From Marsupella aquatica (taxonomy: Eukaryota > Plantae > Marchantiophyta): 64,000 nucleotides of DNA. A model generated the notes under the pieces. That model made no database searches. It worked only from the letters and a program-made list of their open reading frames with translations, and was not told the DNA's origin. The stretch is taken from assembly GCA_973895155.1 (NCBI GenBank), contig OZ316892.1:24003971-24067970 (forward strand), written 5' to 3'. How positions within the stretch are numbered: position 1 is the first letter of the stretch; the number at the start of each line of letters is the position of its first letter. A program made the position numbers and the translations under genes. Below are positions 1 through 12,900 of the stretch, piece by piece.

Positions 1-1035
1 TGTTCCTGCTTTGCTGCCTTGAAAATCCAAAATTTCCTCAACAAAATTAAAGGATAAAATACAAACAAGGGAGGATCACAAAGAACAAGTGTTCATTCAA
101 AGCCACAAAATAAACAAAGCAAGAGGATAAATCTGATTCATGTTGCATGATTAGATAACGGCATATTATAGCAGCATTATATATACTTTCTTGGTCATAA
201 TTCAAGACTAATAATTATGTTCAGGAGATTTAAGGGGCAAAGAGGGCGGAGGGAACTTTAGGTCATGGGTGATGAAACTTGGGGAGTTAACTCTATTTTC
301 ATTATTACAGGTAGATATTTTTGAGGTAGCAAACTTACGCAATAAGATATTTCACTAGTCCTTACGTTATCTATATTTTAAAATTTAAAATTTAATAATT
401 TTTTTGTACGTTATCTTTCATTTTGATAGCTGGTGGAATGATTCTTGACGCACTTCATCACTACTTGACGAATCTTTTGTTTATTAGGACAATTATGGTT
501 CCATGAACCTTTGCAATCATTCACTGGAAGGGCGCCATAAATTGTGAAGATTAAAAAACACTTTTCTTAACTGGCCCTCACATTTAGGTCAATTATTGTT
601 TTGTGATGTTATTCACGCTTTACTCATCCCCGTCCTCATCAGCCCAAAGAAATTAAAAAACAATGTTTGACAAACCACTAAGATGGACCACCATCACCCA
701 GTCTGACCATTTTCAAATGTTGAAGTGAACTCGAATGGTACTGTTTCTTTGTATAATTAAATGACCACACAATGGATTTCAAAAAGCTGATTTGAGTTGC
801 ATGGTAAAACATTTTAATCCATCCAAGCATCAACTTTGCCAAGTTCAAGTGATACCTGTTAGTAGATTGTAGCTTTTATTGAGTCTTATTTAGTGGTAGT
901 CGTGTTTACGTTTCACTGAAGTAAAATTAAGACACATAATAATTCAATTGATGGCTAAGAAGAATCCCATTCTTAAGGGCTCCAGAGTTCTTGTTGAGAC
1001 TTTTGTTTGTTTTATTATAGACAGTTATTTCATTA

Positions 1036-1424
1036 CCACCATCTTTCCCCAAACACAGCGCTCGGGAGTTTATTCAAAAATAAAATTTTTTTAGGTCTCC
1101 ATAAGATAAATATTTTTTCTTCAAACACAGTGCCCGGCGTTGTGTTCAAATTTTGGTGTTGTGTTTGAGTTCGACACTCTCGAGATTTGACCCTAAACTG
1201 TTATACATTGAGCACAAGTAATAAAAAATTCAAGAATCATGTGCGAATGCAAATTTACATTCAAACACAAGGTCAATATTCAAACATAATGCCCATTTTC
1301 AAACACAAATCCTGAAAATACAAAAAAAATGAAAACACATTGATAGTCAAAACTTGAATCCAACACCCCATGGCCCACTATTCGAATACAAGGCCATGAC
1401 ATTATGTTTGGATGAAAACGGTAG
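1036..1424. mobile_element. Non-autonomous TIR element (MITE, Mutator-like by TSD length)
   Basis: Exact 10-bp direct repeat TATTTCATTA at 1026-1035 and 1425-1434. Imperfect terminal inverted repeats: CCACCATCTTTCCCCAAACA versus the reverse complement of the right end, CTACCGTTTTCATCCAAACA. Internal CAAACAC sub-repeats; no ORF. Confidence 0.65.
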
Positions 1425-3686
1425 TATTTCATTAGCCTCTTTTAGGACTCAATCTTGCTGTTCACTGGTGGTTTGTTGCCTCAGAAACCATTTTCTTTTA
1501 AAAAATCATCATAACATATGTTCGTTGACCTGATTTTCTCCCTTGGGAATGTAATTTATTTATTTATTACTGAAACAAAGGGCCTTCCTTCGCCCAAAAT
1601 AGCTTTCCTTTCCGTGCATAGTTTTGGGAGTCACCTTCCTGCCAAACATGGAAAAAACACAAACAATTTAAAAAGGTCCAAGTGAAGGAAGTTGATGCTC
1701 GGACGGATCAACACAATGAACATGTCTGCATTGAAAGGAAATGTGCAAAGTGAGTCAAAAGTATTGTACAGTGGTCCATCCAAGCTTCCTGTCAAACATT
1801 GTGCAGGTCTATTGGAGATGTTTAAAGGGAGCCTGAACCTACTAGCTCAGTTTTTGGAAACAATCCCTCCCATATTAACCTAGTGGATGTATATAAAGTC
1901 CAGATATATGAAACTTTTGTAGAAATGGCATAAGAAATCCCAAGGACTACAGTTTTCAATAGATATGTATATTTTTTGAGTGGGGTATTTTTTTAAGGTG
2001 AGGGTAGGGGTAAAACCCAAAAATGAAGGTCAGCCTTCCCCAACATATTCATATACCCAGTAGCCCAATGCAAGTCCGTTGTTGTTCACTTGCAGCCATG
2101 TTGTGGTAACAGAAGTGTCCTCATTGCCACGGGTGTGACCCAGTGCCTCTTGCTGACTGGTTCACAAGCCCTCTGCACCTCTTCGCCCCCTGCAAGTGAT
2201 AAATCCCCACTGCTGGCATTGAAGCTGCTATATTGTTGTAGCCCTTTTTGAGAGATTGAATGATCAGGAACCCCATTATTTAAATTGGACAGTCTGGAAA
2301 AGCATGCCCCCAAAATACTTTGTATGACCTTTTTTTTGGCAGGATTATCTATGATAGATGTTATGTTGTCTATACTTATTGTTTTTGGCTGAATAAAGTC
2401 AAATCCAGTAGACATTGGGACCTGGGGGTAGCCTTGGTAGGGTATTGTATTTTATGCATAATATATAAATATATTCCAGTGTAAGAGACAAGCAATATAA
2501 ATGTTTTTGCCATTCAGGCTGGGGCTGTTGGGCTTTTTGTCTCTTTGGCTGTTGGCTCTTGAGGTTTCCGGGTTCTTTCCTTTGTTTCCCCCCTTCATTG
2601 GGTTTTGGCCTTTGGGATATGTCTCCCTACAAGGCCCTTGTGTTAGAAAATATGGAGGCAAGACATTTGTTCAGTGTCATGTGATCAAAGGGGCTCTTTG
2701 ATGTCCAATAGCTGTCCATTAGCTGCTCTTTTGGTCCGATATCTGCGTGCCATCCCCATTTGTGTGGGACCCGCGTAAAACTCTAATTGATTTATCACTA
2801 TGAGAAAAAAACAAAAGTCCAGAATATTATTCTCCTGTTCTCATTTTTAAAAATTTAGAAACAATGCATACATCGAAAAGTCAGTGTCTACGCCAGGATG
2901 CTTAAAACATTCTTAACATTATTGCATCATAAATTCTTTCTAGATTTCACAAGGACCCCAAAATATTCTGCTGGTGGGGCTCAAAATTTCCTGTTTAATA
3001 TATAATTGGGCTACGTTTTTCGATAGCTACGGTAGGGGTATCCTGTATCAAATATGTACAAGATTTAGCACAAGAGACGCGCAGAAAATACAGAGGCCAT
3101 ATGTTTGTTTGGACTTCGGACGTACTCTATAATGTATGATCAAGGACCTACTGACAATACTTTTTGACCTTTTTTTGGCAGTTTCTGGCCAGTACCAACC
3201 ACCAAGATGACTACCCTTCCTTGTCGTGACACAGGAAATTAGAAGTGTAACTTTTTAGCCCTATCTGCCAAGACCAAGGGATGGCTGTTATCTATTTGTC
3301 TAAGGATCAAACCACCATATGTCTTCATTTCTTAGTTTGCCACTAACTTGGAGACTAAGGTAAAGTGAAGCCATTGTCAAGTTGCTTCTCCCCTAGTGCA
3401 GCTTTGCTTGCGCTTTGGTAGTTACCCTGCCTGCCTGTCCAGTATAAAGATTGCTAGGCATTTATTCTAAGGTCTAAAAGTTACTAATGTAACCATAATT
3501 GAGGCTAACAATAGTCGCTACTTTATTAAGTTAGACTTGCTACACATTATATGTCCAAGTAATATTTGCATGGATAGGAGGAACTATAATTGATTTATTG
3601 AACAAGTTGAGAGATACAGGAACTTTTGCCCAAACTTTTGTAAGTTGGGGAGACAAGATATGGCTGATGAGCCTAGAGTACAGTCT

Positions 3687-4330
3687 TGGGGTCCTTACTA
3701 TATAGAGGCCCCCCATCACCCACCATGACTGTTTTTAAGCCTTAGACCCTCTAAAATATAAGAATGTTTTAAAAAATTACCCCTACAAAGTTGAAATATT
3801 TTTGAAATAGTCCAAAAATTTGAATAAATGACCCGCAAAAGGACCCTAATATTCTTACAACACTCAAAATTTGATATATTCACATGACCCTAAAGTTCTT
3901 CGAAAATTTTAAATTTTTTTCCATTACAACCCGGGTTACAACCAACAAAACAACCATATTTTTAGTTGCACATGATGTGCCAATTTTGTGTATTAAGTGA
4001 AACCCTTGAGACTACAATAAAGTTCTTGTATAATGTTCCCTATGTAGATAGCCTCATTTGAAATAATTCCAATCACATATCTTTCTACGTTGATTACTTG
4101 TTTGTTAGTTGTTCATGGGCATACATAGTGAATATCTTCTAAGTCTTTCCTCAAAACCAATAAAACAACGATATTCTTCATCTCACATGATGTGCCAATT
4201 ATGTGAAAGTGAAACACTCTAGAATACAATAAGCTCTTGTATGTTCCTCTCTAGGTAAATTCATTTGAAATGAACCACATATCTTTCTGTGTCAACTATT
4301 TTTTGTTGGATGTTCATGTGCATGCTGTTG
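3687..4330 (+). repeat. Dispersed repeat (second copy at ~61371-61655) with an internal ~215-bp tandem duplication
   Basis: ggggtccttactata...cccatcacc...ggaccctaatattcttacaa...ctcaaaatttgat...cacatgatgtgcc...aagtgaaac recurs at 61371-61655. Segments 3940-4150 and 4157-4330 are similar to each other. Confidence 0.6.
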
Positions 4331-4609
4331 TAAATGTCGCCTTGGCTCAACAATGATGTCTCTAGATCAATGTGGATATATGAGTTGGCAACTGCATCCT
4401 TCTATTAATTGTGTAAATTGTCTTGCAGCCTTGGCCTTTGACACTGTTTTCCCATTTGAGGTCACAAATTTAATGGCCAACTCCCACCACTCTTCTTGGG
4501 TCCTCCCACTTGCCATGTCACCATATATAAGCGCCGAGCTGTTGCCAACTTCCCACCACTCTTTCTGTAGAGGTGGTGGATATAATTCCAAAGAGCAATG
4601 AGGGGGCAA

Positions 4610-5087
4610 TGAGCCTAAGGGGGTTACAGCCATGGCCCCCAAGCGGCCATGGATTAACAAGCGTAAGTGTGCCAACTGTAGTTTCACTCAATTTATAGCC
4701 AGAATCAACAAGCATATGCCCTCAACATAGTTTCACTCTATTTATAACCTGAAAATTGCGCCTGAAATTGGAGAGCCCTCAGGAGGGCTAGCCAAGGGGG
4801 TTATAGCCATGGCCCCCCCAGCTGCCATGGATTAACAAGAGCTGAGTGTACTAGTTTTACCTAGCTCATAACCTGAATCAACAAGCATATGCCCTGTGTG
4901 TAGTTTTACCTTTATTCATAACCTGAAATTTACGTCTCAAATTGGATATTGGACTAAAACTCATAACCTTCAAGCCCATCTTACAGGGGGTAATGAACAT
5001 GGCTCGGGCTAGTCTAGGGGGACTCAAACTCATATTCTCATAAGTAACCTTCAAGCCCATCCTACAGGGGGTAATGAGCATGGCTCA
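4610..5087. repeat. Local imperfect duplications
   Basis: gcc(t)aagggggtta(c/t)agccatggcccc...ccatggattaacaag at ~4611 and ~4790; taaccttcaagcccatc(t/c)tacagggggtaatga(a/g)catggctc at ~4964 and ~5045. Confidence 0.7.
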
Positions 5088-6773
5088 TTAGCACCTATTA
5101 ATAGAAAGACACAAGAAAAAAAAATACACTAGGGGTTTAGGGTGCCAAATACACACCTAGTAGAGTTCGTGGGTGGCTTTTGGTACTGGAGACGAACGAG
5201 CGAGGACGACAACTGGAGGAAGACAAATTCCAGAGAGAATGTGGTTATGGAGGAGTGGACAAAGCTTTCAGATCGAGGACAGCTTATTTCTGTGAGGAGA
5301 TACGGCCACCAGAGAATGCGGTTGTGGAGGAGTCGACAACGCTTTCAGATCGGTGAGCATGATAAATTCCGCCATCGAAGAGTCCTTTTGCAGAGTCAAA
5401 CACAAACTGATCAAACTCGTAGACCACAAGACCGCCCATTGCATCTTTTGCCTGTTCGCTCCAGCGTTAGGAGCATCGAGTTTCGATACGGGAGCTGCAA
5501 ACAAAATATCAAGGGAATTGATGATCGAAAGGAAGCTTCTTGGATCGATTACTGTGCATGCATGCAGACAAGCCGGAGTGCCAGCCGAGACGCCAGCCCA
5601 CCACTGTATCTAGCTCCTTTCTCCTAGCTGCTGAGACCGAGGGCCATCTGGAGAAGGAACATCGTTCACTTGAGCTCTCGCTTGAGCTTTAGTGGATAAC
5701 AACAATAAGAGGGAGTCGAATTCGAGCGACCGCTCGCCTGTTCTTCGGAGAACGAATTCTTGCCATTACAGCTGAGTGGAAGTAGTGCCGAAGGCAGGCC
5801 TTCCTCTTACAGCTATGGTAGAAAGCGGATGTATACTATTAATTGTAGTTGGGCGGTACGGGATGATCATGCATGGCGAAGGAACGTCTTGAATGGAGGT
5901 CAGGAATTGCGGTCAATCATTCGTGGTGATCAACCGGATGTTGTGTCATTCAACTAGCTATTCTCTCCAATTGCTCTAATTGTCCCAGCTCAGGTGTTGT
6001 GAGTGAAGGCAACGGAAAAAATTTTGCCGACCTGGAACTTTTGCCACACGACGAGGTTAATGAGGCCAAATCCTTGCAGGGAATGATGAGGCGTTCAATG
6101 CGGAGCAAAGATAGATTGGAATGCGGGTTAAATATATCCCTGGCATTGCGACTTTGAGGTCCTTATGATCGAGAAAGGGAGCTGCACAGTGGAAATAGAG
6201 AAAAGTCCATTGCAACTGGTTCAAACAAAGCAAAGGAAGACTTGCTAGATCAGCTACAAGGAGGAGGTTCGAGGGTACGTAGTTGGACATCTCACAAAAC
6301 AGGCTACACGCTACAGTATAGGTATCGATCTTTTATAGCTCGTGCTACAAAGCGCGCTCAGCAGCACCTCAGGCCCATTATCTCTGAATTCGAAGCGTCA
6401 GCATTACCGATCACAGTTTCAATACTTGTTGGAAGCCTTTGGGCGGCAACGACCGGCCTGTCTGCAGTATGAAGACAACAGTTGAGAGTTTGACGTGTGG
6501 AAATGAATCTCAAGTTGAACTCTGAAAGCCGAGTAAGATTGCGCACAGTTCTGGCCTAATACAATTGAAGAAGAGTTGCAGCTGCTGCAGGTGGAGCCGT
6601 ATGGGAACGACAGGATGGTTTGATACGGCGTCCTAGCTCTTACAATGGTCCTTGCGTCGACGAGTAGTGGACCTGAACTTAAGTACATTGTTTGGAGCAA
6701 GGATCGGTCGTTACGCACTTCAGATTCTAATTACGCTGGTCGAGCTGTGTCACAGATGACTTTCGAGAGGAAC

Positions 6774-9700
6774 ATGGATCGCGGATCGTCTTATCTCCTG
6801 CTGTTGTGTCTGCTTTTTGCCCTCCTCTCATCGTTGTTACCCTCTTCTGGAGCTCAAATAGTTTCACCGACTGATAAGAACGCTCTATTGCTATTCAAAA
6901 AGTTCGCAGACGAAGGTGGGATGCTGAGTTCATGGATCAATAAAACTGATCCCTGTACGACATGGCAAGGCATTCGGTGTACCGTTATAGTCAGTGGGGG
7001 GGCCGCACGGGTGACTAAGGTCCTTGTTTACAGTTCACAGCTGAACGGAACTATTCCGGAGAAGTCGTTGGGCAATTTGACAGAATTACGAATGTTGGAC
7101 TTGTCAAATAATTCGTTCAGTGGACCGCTTCCGACTGATTTGAATCATCTTAACTTAGTGCAGTTTCGGGCTCAGAATTCTTCTTTTTCCGGCTCATTCC
7201 CTAACATATCTACGAATAGTACGAAGCTTCTTAGGCTGTATCTGTCAGGAAATAATCTTAGTGGTCAGATTCCTCCTCTTACCGGTCTACCGAACTTGAT
7301 GGAATTGGATCTCAGTCATAATTCTTTCCAAGGAAACTTTCCTTCCCTTCCTGTAAGCGCTAATTCTAGTGGCCAATCGCTGAAAAATAGCATTCCGGTG
7401 CCTTCTACATCGGTCGCAACAAGTACAAAGCTTACTTTACTGAACCTATCAGGCAATAATTTGAACGGTTCAATTCCTAATCTGACCGGTCTGCAGAACC
7501 TGGCGACATTGAATCTTAGTCATAACGCTTTTAGTGGACTTGTTCCTACTACCCTTCCTTCCAGCCTTACTACTCTTGATCTCAGTTTCAATGCGTTGAC
7601 AGGAAGCATCCCGTCCGACCTGGCAACCAAGTTTCCAAATGCCTTCCAAGGAGATGCTGGCTTGTGCGGGAAACCAACTAACAACTCATGTGCTCCACCT
7701 CCTGCATCTGCGGGCTCTGGAAACAGCAACTCGACCCCTGGACCAACTAGCTTGCCAACTAGTGGACATTCATCCTCCTCATCAGGGCTCAGCACTCGAA
7801 ATGCAGTATTGATTGCTGCGGGTGCTGTGGTCTTAGTTGGTCTAATACTTGGTGCTGTGAAATACTTATCGTCGAAAAGAGCAGAGAAGAGTGTTCCGAA
7901 GAAAGCTGCTCCAGAAAAGAGCGGTGATAGCAGCGCTGGGATCGGCATGTCATCCATGGGAGGCGATTCTGACAGATCTAAACTTTCTTTTATCGACGAC
8001 AATCAGCAAGGATACGATTTGGAAGACCTGCTCCGTGCATCTGCGGAGATGTTGGGGAAAGGCAGCTTCGGAACTGCTTACAAAGCTGTCATGGAAAGTG
8101 GAATGATAGTTGCTGTCAAACGACTGAGGGATGTCAAAGACGTCCGAAGAAACGAGTTTTCTCAGCACATGACATTGCTGGGCAGGCTGAAGCACCCAAA
8201 TGTCGTTCCACTGAGGGCGTACTATTATGCAAGGGAGGAGAAGCTTCTCATCTACGACTTCATGCCGAATGGCAGCCTATTCTCGCTGCTTCATGGTAAG
8301 CTCCGACTTTCCAACAAATCAGACTCGTGCCTACAGAGGGAGTAAGTTGGTAATGTAGTATACCTTATTATGATATGATGGTGTCCGTGCAGTCTTTCTT
8401 CTTGATTAGCAAAGCCTTGTGGGGGCCATTGGATACATAGTTTTGATTCTCCTATGTATGAGTTTTCATCTAAAGCATTTCAGGATTCATAGAGAAAATA
8501 TTGTAATCTTCGGCTATTCCACCTACTACTTGGAAGCAGCTTTATAGAAGACCACGTACTGCAATCTTCGGCGGGGTTTTCGGTTTATTGAGAAAAATAT
8601 TCCTGTCTTTGAATTCTCCATCGATGAAAAGGGTATCATATAACGTTGCTAACATTTGAGAGAAAACTGCAGTAACTGAACATTTGGATTTAATACTGAT
8701 CACGATTTCATGACTAATGTTATTTTTCCGATTGGGGAATAGGAAGCCGAGGTCCGGGTCGCACTCCATTGGAATGGCCTGCACGCCTCAGCATTGCTCA
8801 GGGCGTTGCTAAAGGCCTCACATATCTGCACCAGGAATGCGGCCAGAAGATTCCTCATGCAAACGTCAAGTCTTCCAACGTCCTCATGGGAAAGAAATTC
8901 GAGGTCTGCATATCAGACTTCGGTCTCGCGCCACTCATGCCAGCACAGATTGCATCACAGCGCATGGCCGGTTATAGAGCTCCGGAATACAGTCAAGCCA
9001 GAAAAATCACATACAAGGCGGATGTGTATAGCTTCGGAATTCTTCTTTTGGAACTGCTAACAGGTGCGTTGTCACACTTGGAGAATTAATTGCTGCGTTT
9101 TCATATGGAATCACTCCAAGTGGTTATAAAATTGAAACAATCAAATTTATGGAGGGCAACACGGGGGGCAACATTGTGAATCTTCCTATCTGCATGCCAT
9201 TCTACTTGAAACGTGACAAATACATGTTCATTGCCTGAACACATTCAAAGACAGCAGTTTCTAGTTATTTTTACGACCTTGGCAGCCTTCGAGGTCGTGC
9301 TGCATAACAATTGTTTTTGCACAACGACGGAGTACGTTTACTGGCAGGGTCGATCACGAACTTCTCGATCAGGACACCAAATTTGATAGCTCCCAGAAAA
9401 TTATGGTTAAAATTTATCTTACGATTCTTTGATGGTTGACTGAGCTCAGGAATATTGGTTACTGATGCAATCAGTAGCTATAGAAAACCAAAATGTCAAG
9501 CTCATCATACGCTTCTTGCATGATTCGATCGATCTGTACTGTGACTTTCTGAAGTACGTGAGAGTACATAGTAATTTTGTGGGCTTCTCTGCTGAATGAC
9601 ACAGGCCGACAGCCGGCGCTGTCTCTCAGTGACAACGGCCTGGACCTCCCCAAGTGGGTACACTCAGTGGTGAGGGAGGAATGGACAGGGGAGGTATTCG

Positions 9701-9927
9701 ATCTAGAACTGAAGACGTATCTGCACGGGGAGGAAGAGATGGTGGCTCTGCTTCAGGTTGCTATGAGGTGTGTGGAGCCCAAACCTGACCAACGCCCTGA
9801 TATGGCTGAAGTTGTGAGGCTGCTCGACGACATTCGACGGGGAGAGTCTGTGATCGACTCTGAGTCATATCAGTCCCATTCGACTGAAGGGGACTACTCC
9901 AGCCTCGACTTGCCTCAAAACACATGA
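6774..9927 (+). CDS. LRR receptor-like kinase, LRR-III type (RLK902/RKL1-like, probable inactive kinase). Exons 6774-8295, 8743-9063, 9605-9927
   Basis: Signal peptide ([18 protein letters not shown]), LRRNT (W..C..WQGIRC), plant LRRs, GLCG cap, Ser/Pro linker and TM ([19 protein letters not shown]). Kinase motifs: [38 protein letters not shown] (no HRD), [34 protein letters not shown] introns keep frame. In-frame upstream ATGs exist at 6645 and 6756. Confidence 0.93.
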
Positions 9928-12900
9928 CATCGAGGACATCTTGTAAGCCTGCGGATCCCCATTTGACGTACGTCAAGTCCCTTTTCGCATTCATGTCAAT
10001 TCTCTTTTCGCATTCGTCGGTCACTAACAAGTTAAAGGCTCTCAGAAGGTGCCCTCATATGCAAACACAAAGCTGGGTTAGGCGATGAGTGAATTCCGCA
10101 ATATACTCTCCGAACAGTTCGAGCTTTAATAAGAAGTCTGTGTAATTAGGCACATAGAAACTTGTGTTGATGTGAAACAAGAGAATTTAAAAGCCAATGG
10201 AACAAGGCTAATTAATGAAAGAATCTGATAAATCACTCATATCGCGTTCACGATAGGAATATTGGTTACTTTTTAGTTCCGTTCAGTTGGAATGTATGAT
10301 GATAATCCTCAGGTCGCGTGCGAGATTTCAAGGATGTGTGGTGTATTTCGTTAATGTTAGAAAGAACGTTCGTTTCAGTAGACGAAGATGCCAATGTTAT
10401 TGAATCTTGTGAAACATTTTCTTGCAGCCTCGAAACACGCGAGAAGAGTCACAAGGGGCTCCACCAAAGTTTAGCAAGAAAGTTGTATCAGTCGGCACGA
10501 TCGAGGGTACAATCCTGAAGCGTTTTCGCAACAACACAGGATTATACATCTCCAGAATGCCGCTTGTCAATTGAATTTCATTAACATGAGCTCGGGAGAC
10601 AGGAAAGTACAGATTCCGGAAATTTTTTCAACGGATCCAAGTGATCAATTGTTTTTTGCCAAGGTATTGAGTTGCCTGCCTAACAAACCAGCTGGAGCTT
10701 TGCATCGTCACAGAGGCCAGGCAACCATCTAGTAGTTATAAGTCCTATAGCTGATCATGATACTTGCATCAGTCTCATTTACATGGTGCTGTGGACAATG
10801 CATCGTTACCCTCGTGGTCTAAAAATGGTAGGATACACGTTTGCCCGTAATAAAGTAGATACGTGATTATCGGATTCTTTTCTCCATCATTCTGTAAAGA
10901 TATGGCCCACGGCTGAGAACCCTGTCCACCCTCAATTTTCCAGCTTCAATAGATGGACCCACGTAGCCCTTCGTGCTGCAGAAATAATGCGATCAGCCTC
11001 AGGCACAAGTTGCAGTCTGAGTATCATAGCTCACGTCGAAATCGAGATTCTGCCATGCGTTGTTTTCGTCAGTCCCTGAACGAAGACCGGCGTCTGAATC
11101 TGACTTCAGTACCACCGAAGCGTATCACGTTGCCTGCAGCCGGCCGGTCGGGAGCGGATTCTCAAGTTCTTTGAAAGACACCAATCGATGTATCGGAGCA
11201 GCCGGCCAAGTAACTCGATGTGGGGTCCTCCAACGTGCTGCAAGCTCGAGACGTGACTGTGATCAGGGCGAGCGAGGATCAAGAGAACCCATCGTTCTCG
11301 TCCAGCCAGATGGTGCCCAACGCTGTGTTTGTGTGTCTCTTCTCTTGTGGCCTCCGTGACCGCAAGAGAAGAGAATTGGATCACAATCCACTGGAAGAAG
11401 GGTTATTTCGGTGATCATACCAAAAATAATCCAAGCTTGGCAGCTTCTGATTCTTGCATCTGGGATAAATCTGGCGTTGCAGTCAATGGGATCGAAGACC
11501 AGTGCTTCATGATTCTGTTCTCACTGCACACTCTTTGTCCTTCCACCTGGCGGAAGATGGAAGCTCTCTCAGTCTAGGTAACCTTGGAGACATCGAGACA
11601 ATTGTCTCGTTGGACGTGACCTCTCCACCACAATCCTAATTTCGTTGAATGCTTCTCTTGGTTCCTCCGCCCTGTTCTGTGATACAGTTGGTCCTAGACG
11701 AACAAACATTGACTATTATTTGTTTCCATAGTTCTCTCCTTCAATCATGGGAGCCCTGGAATAACTTGCTTTGATGGGAGTACAAAATCGTTCTCCTAGA
11801 TTGTTATCATTTATTTATTTATTTATTTACTAATTTTGTATCTCAACAGATACGCATTGAGCGTTGGTTTCTTCAAATTGGCTTGGTTTTTTCAATTGAG
11901 AGCCAGTAGGGCTTCATAACTTGTACTGAGAGATTCTGCCTTACTGAGTGATAGTGAGTGAGGGTCTGCAATCCATGTTCCTCGCTTAGTTGCTCTCTCC
12001 AGTAGATGTGGACCATTAGATCATCACACAATGTTTTTTTGGAAACTTTGCAATCAAGATGGAAAGGACAAAATAACATGTGTCTAGATAGAAACTCGAC
12101 TAAACAGAATATTACAATGGAGAAAATGCAAAAGATGACATGATTGTACAAAGAAGACAAAAAGCAAAAGATGTACAAAAAAGACGAGGGCCAATGCAAA
12201 CCACAAAAACCTACTGTAGAAAGAAGGAAAACTAGCCTGAGCATCACTAGTGATGATCTAATGATCCACATCTAGCTAAGTTTGCAGGATAGTGGGATAT
12301 GGATGTTGTCTAAGCGGCCAAGCCTCTATGGAGCCGGGTTAGTGTTCATTAATAGAGATCTAGCATGGATTGTCCAGGCTTTGAGCAGATGGTAAGGTTG
12401 TTGCAAATCAATTGAGTAATCAACCGCTACTCAAAGAAAGCTGCATGCATGTACATGATTGTGCAACATTCCAACAAACACATATTAAGTAGTTAACACT
12501 AGGCTAAGATCAATGTAGTCTACTAGTAAATTATATACTACTGACACATCTAGCCTCAATCAAGTACATGACTTTGGCTTATATTAACTAGCAAGCTAGC
12601 CGGGGTGTCCTTTGCAATGAGGCTTCTAGAATATTAAAATCGTATTTATTAGCAAAACTTAGTCATTGAGCTATGCTTCTTCCATGTTAAGTATGTTTCT
12701 TCCATATTAGAGTTGAATCACCACACCTAAATCTGAATCTCATTGTTCCCTTAAGTCAAACTATCTTACTCACTGGGGCGGGGAGTTTGGATACTACATC
12801 TGTTGTAAGCAAATTTCTAATGGGCTGGAATAGCTTGTCAGTATGGCTCTTGCCATTATCTAGTCTCCCAAATATGTCAATGGAGATGTCAATACTAGGG

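Noticed and set aside
5142-5627. GC-richer ORFs upstream of the RLK
   Set aside because: Overlapping short ORFs with no recognisable motif or splice structure. A decayed gene fragment is possible but unsupported.
7520-8002. Antisense ORFs over the RLK (and similar ones over rbcS, GUF1 and the porin-like gene)
   Set aside because: Shadow ORFs on the opposite strand of real coding exons.
10300-11600. Coding-like composition downstream of the RLK
   Set aside because: No consistent frame or identifiable domain.
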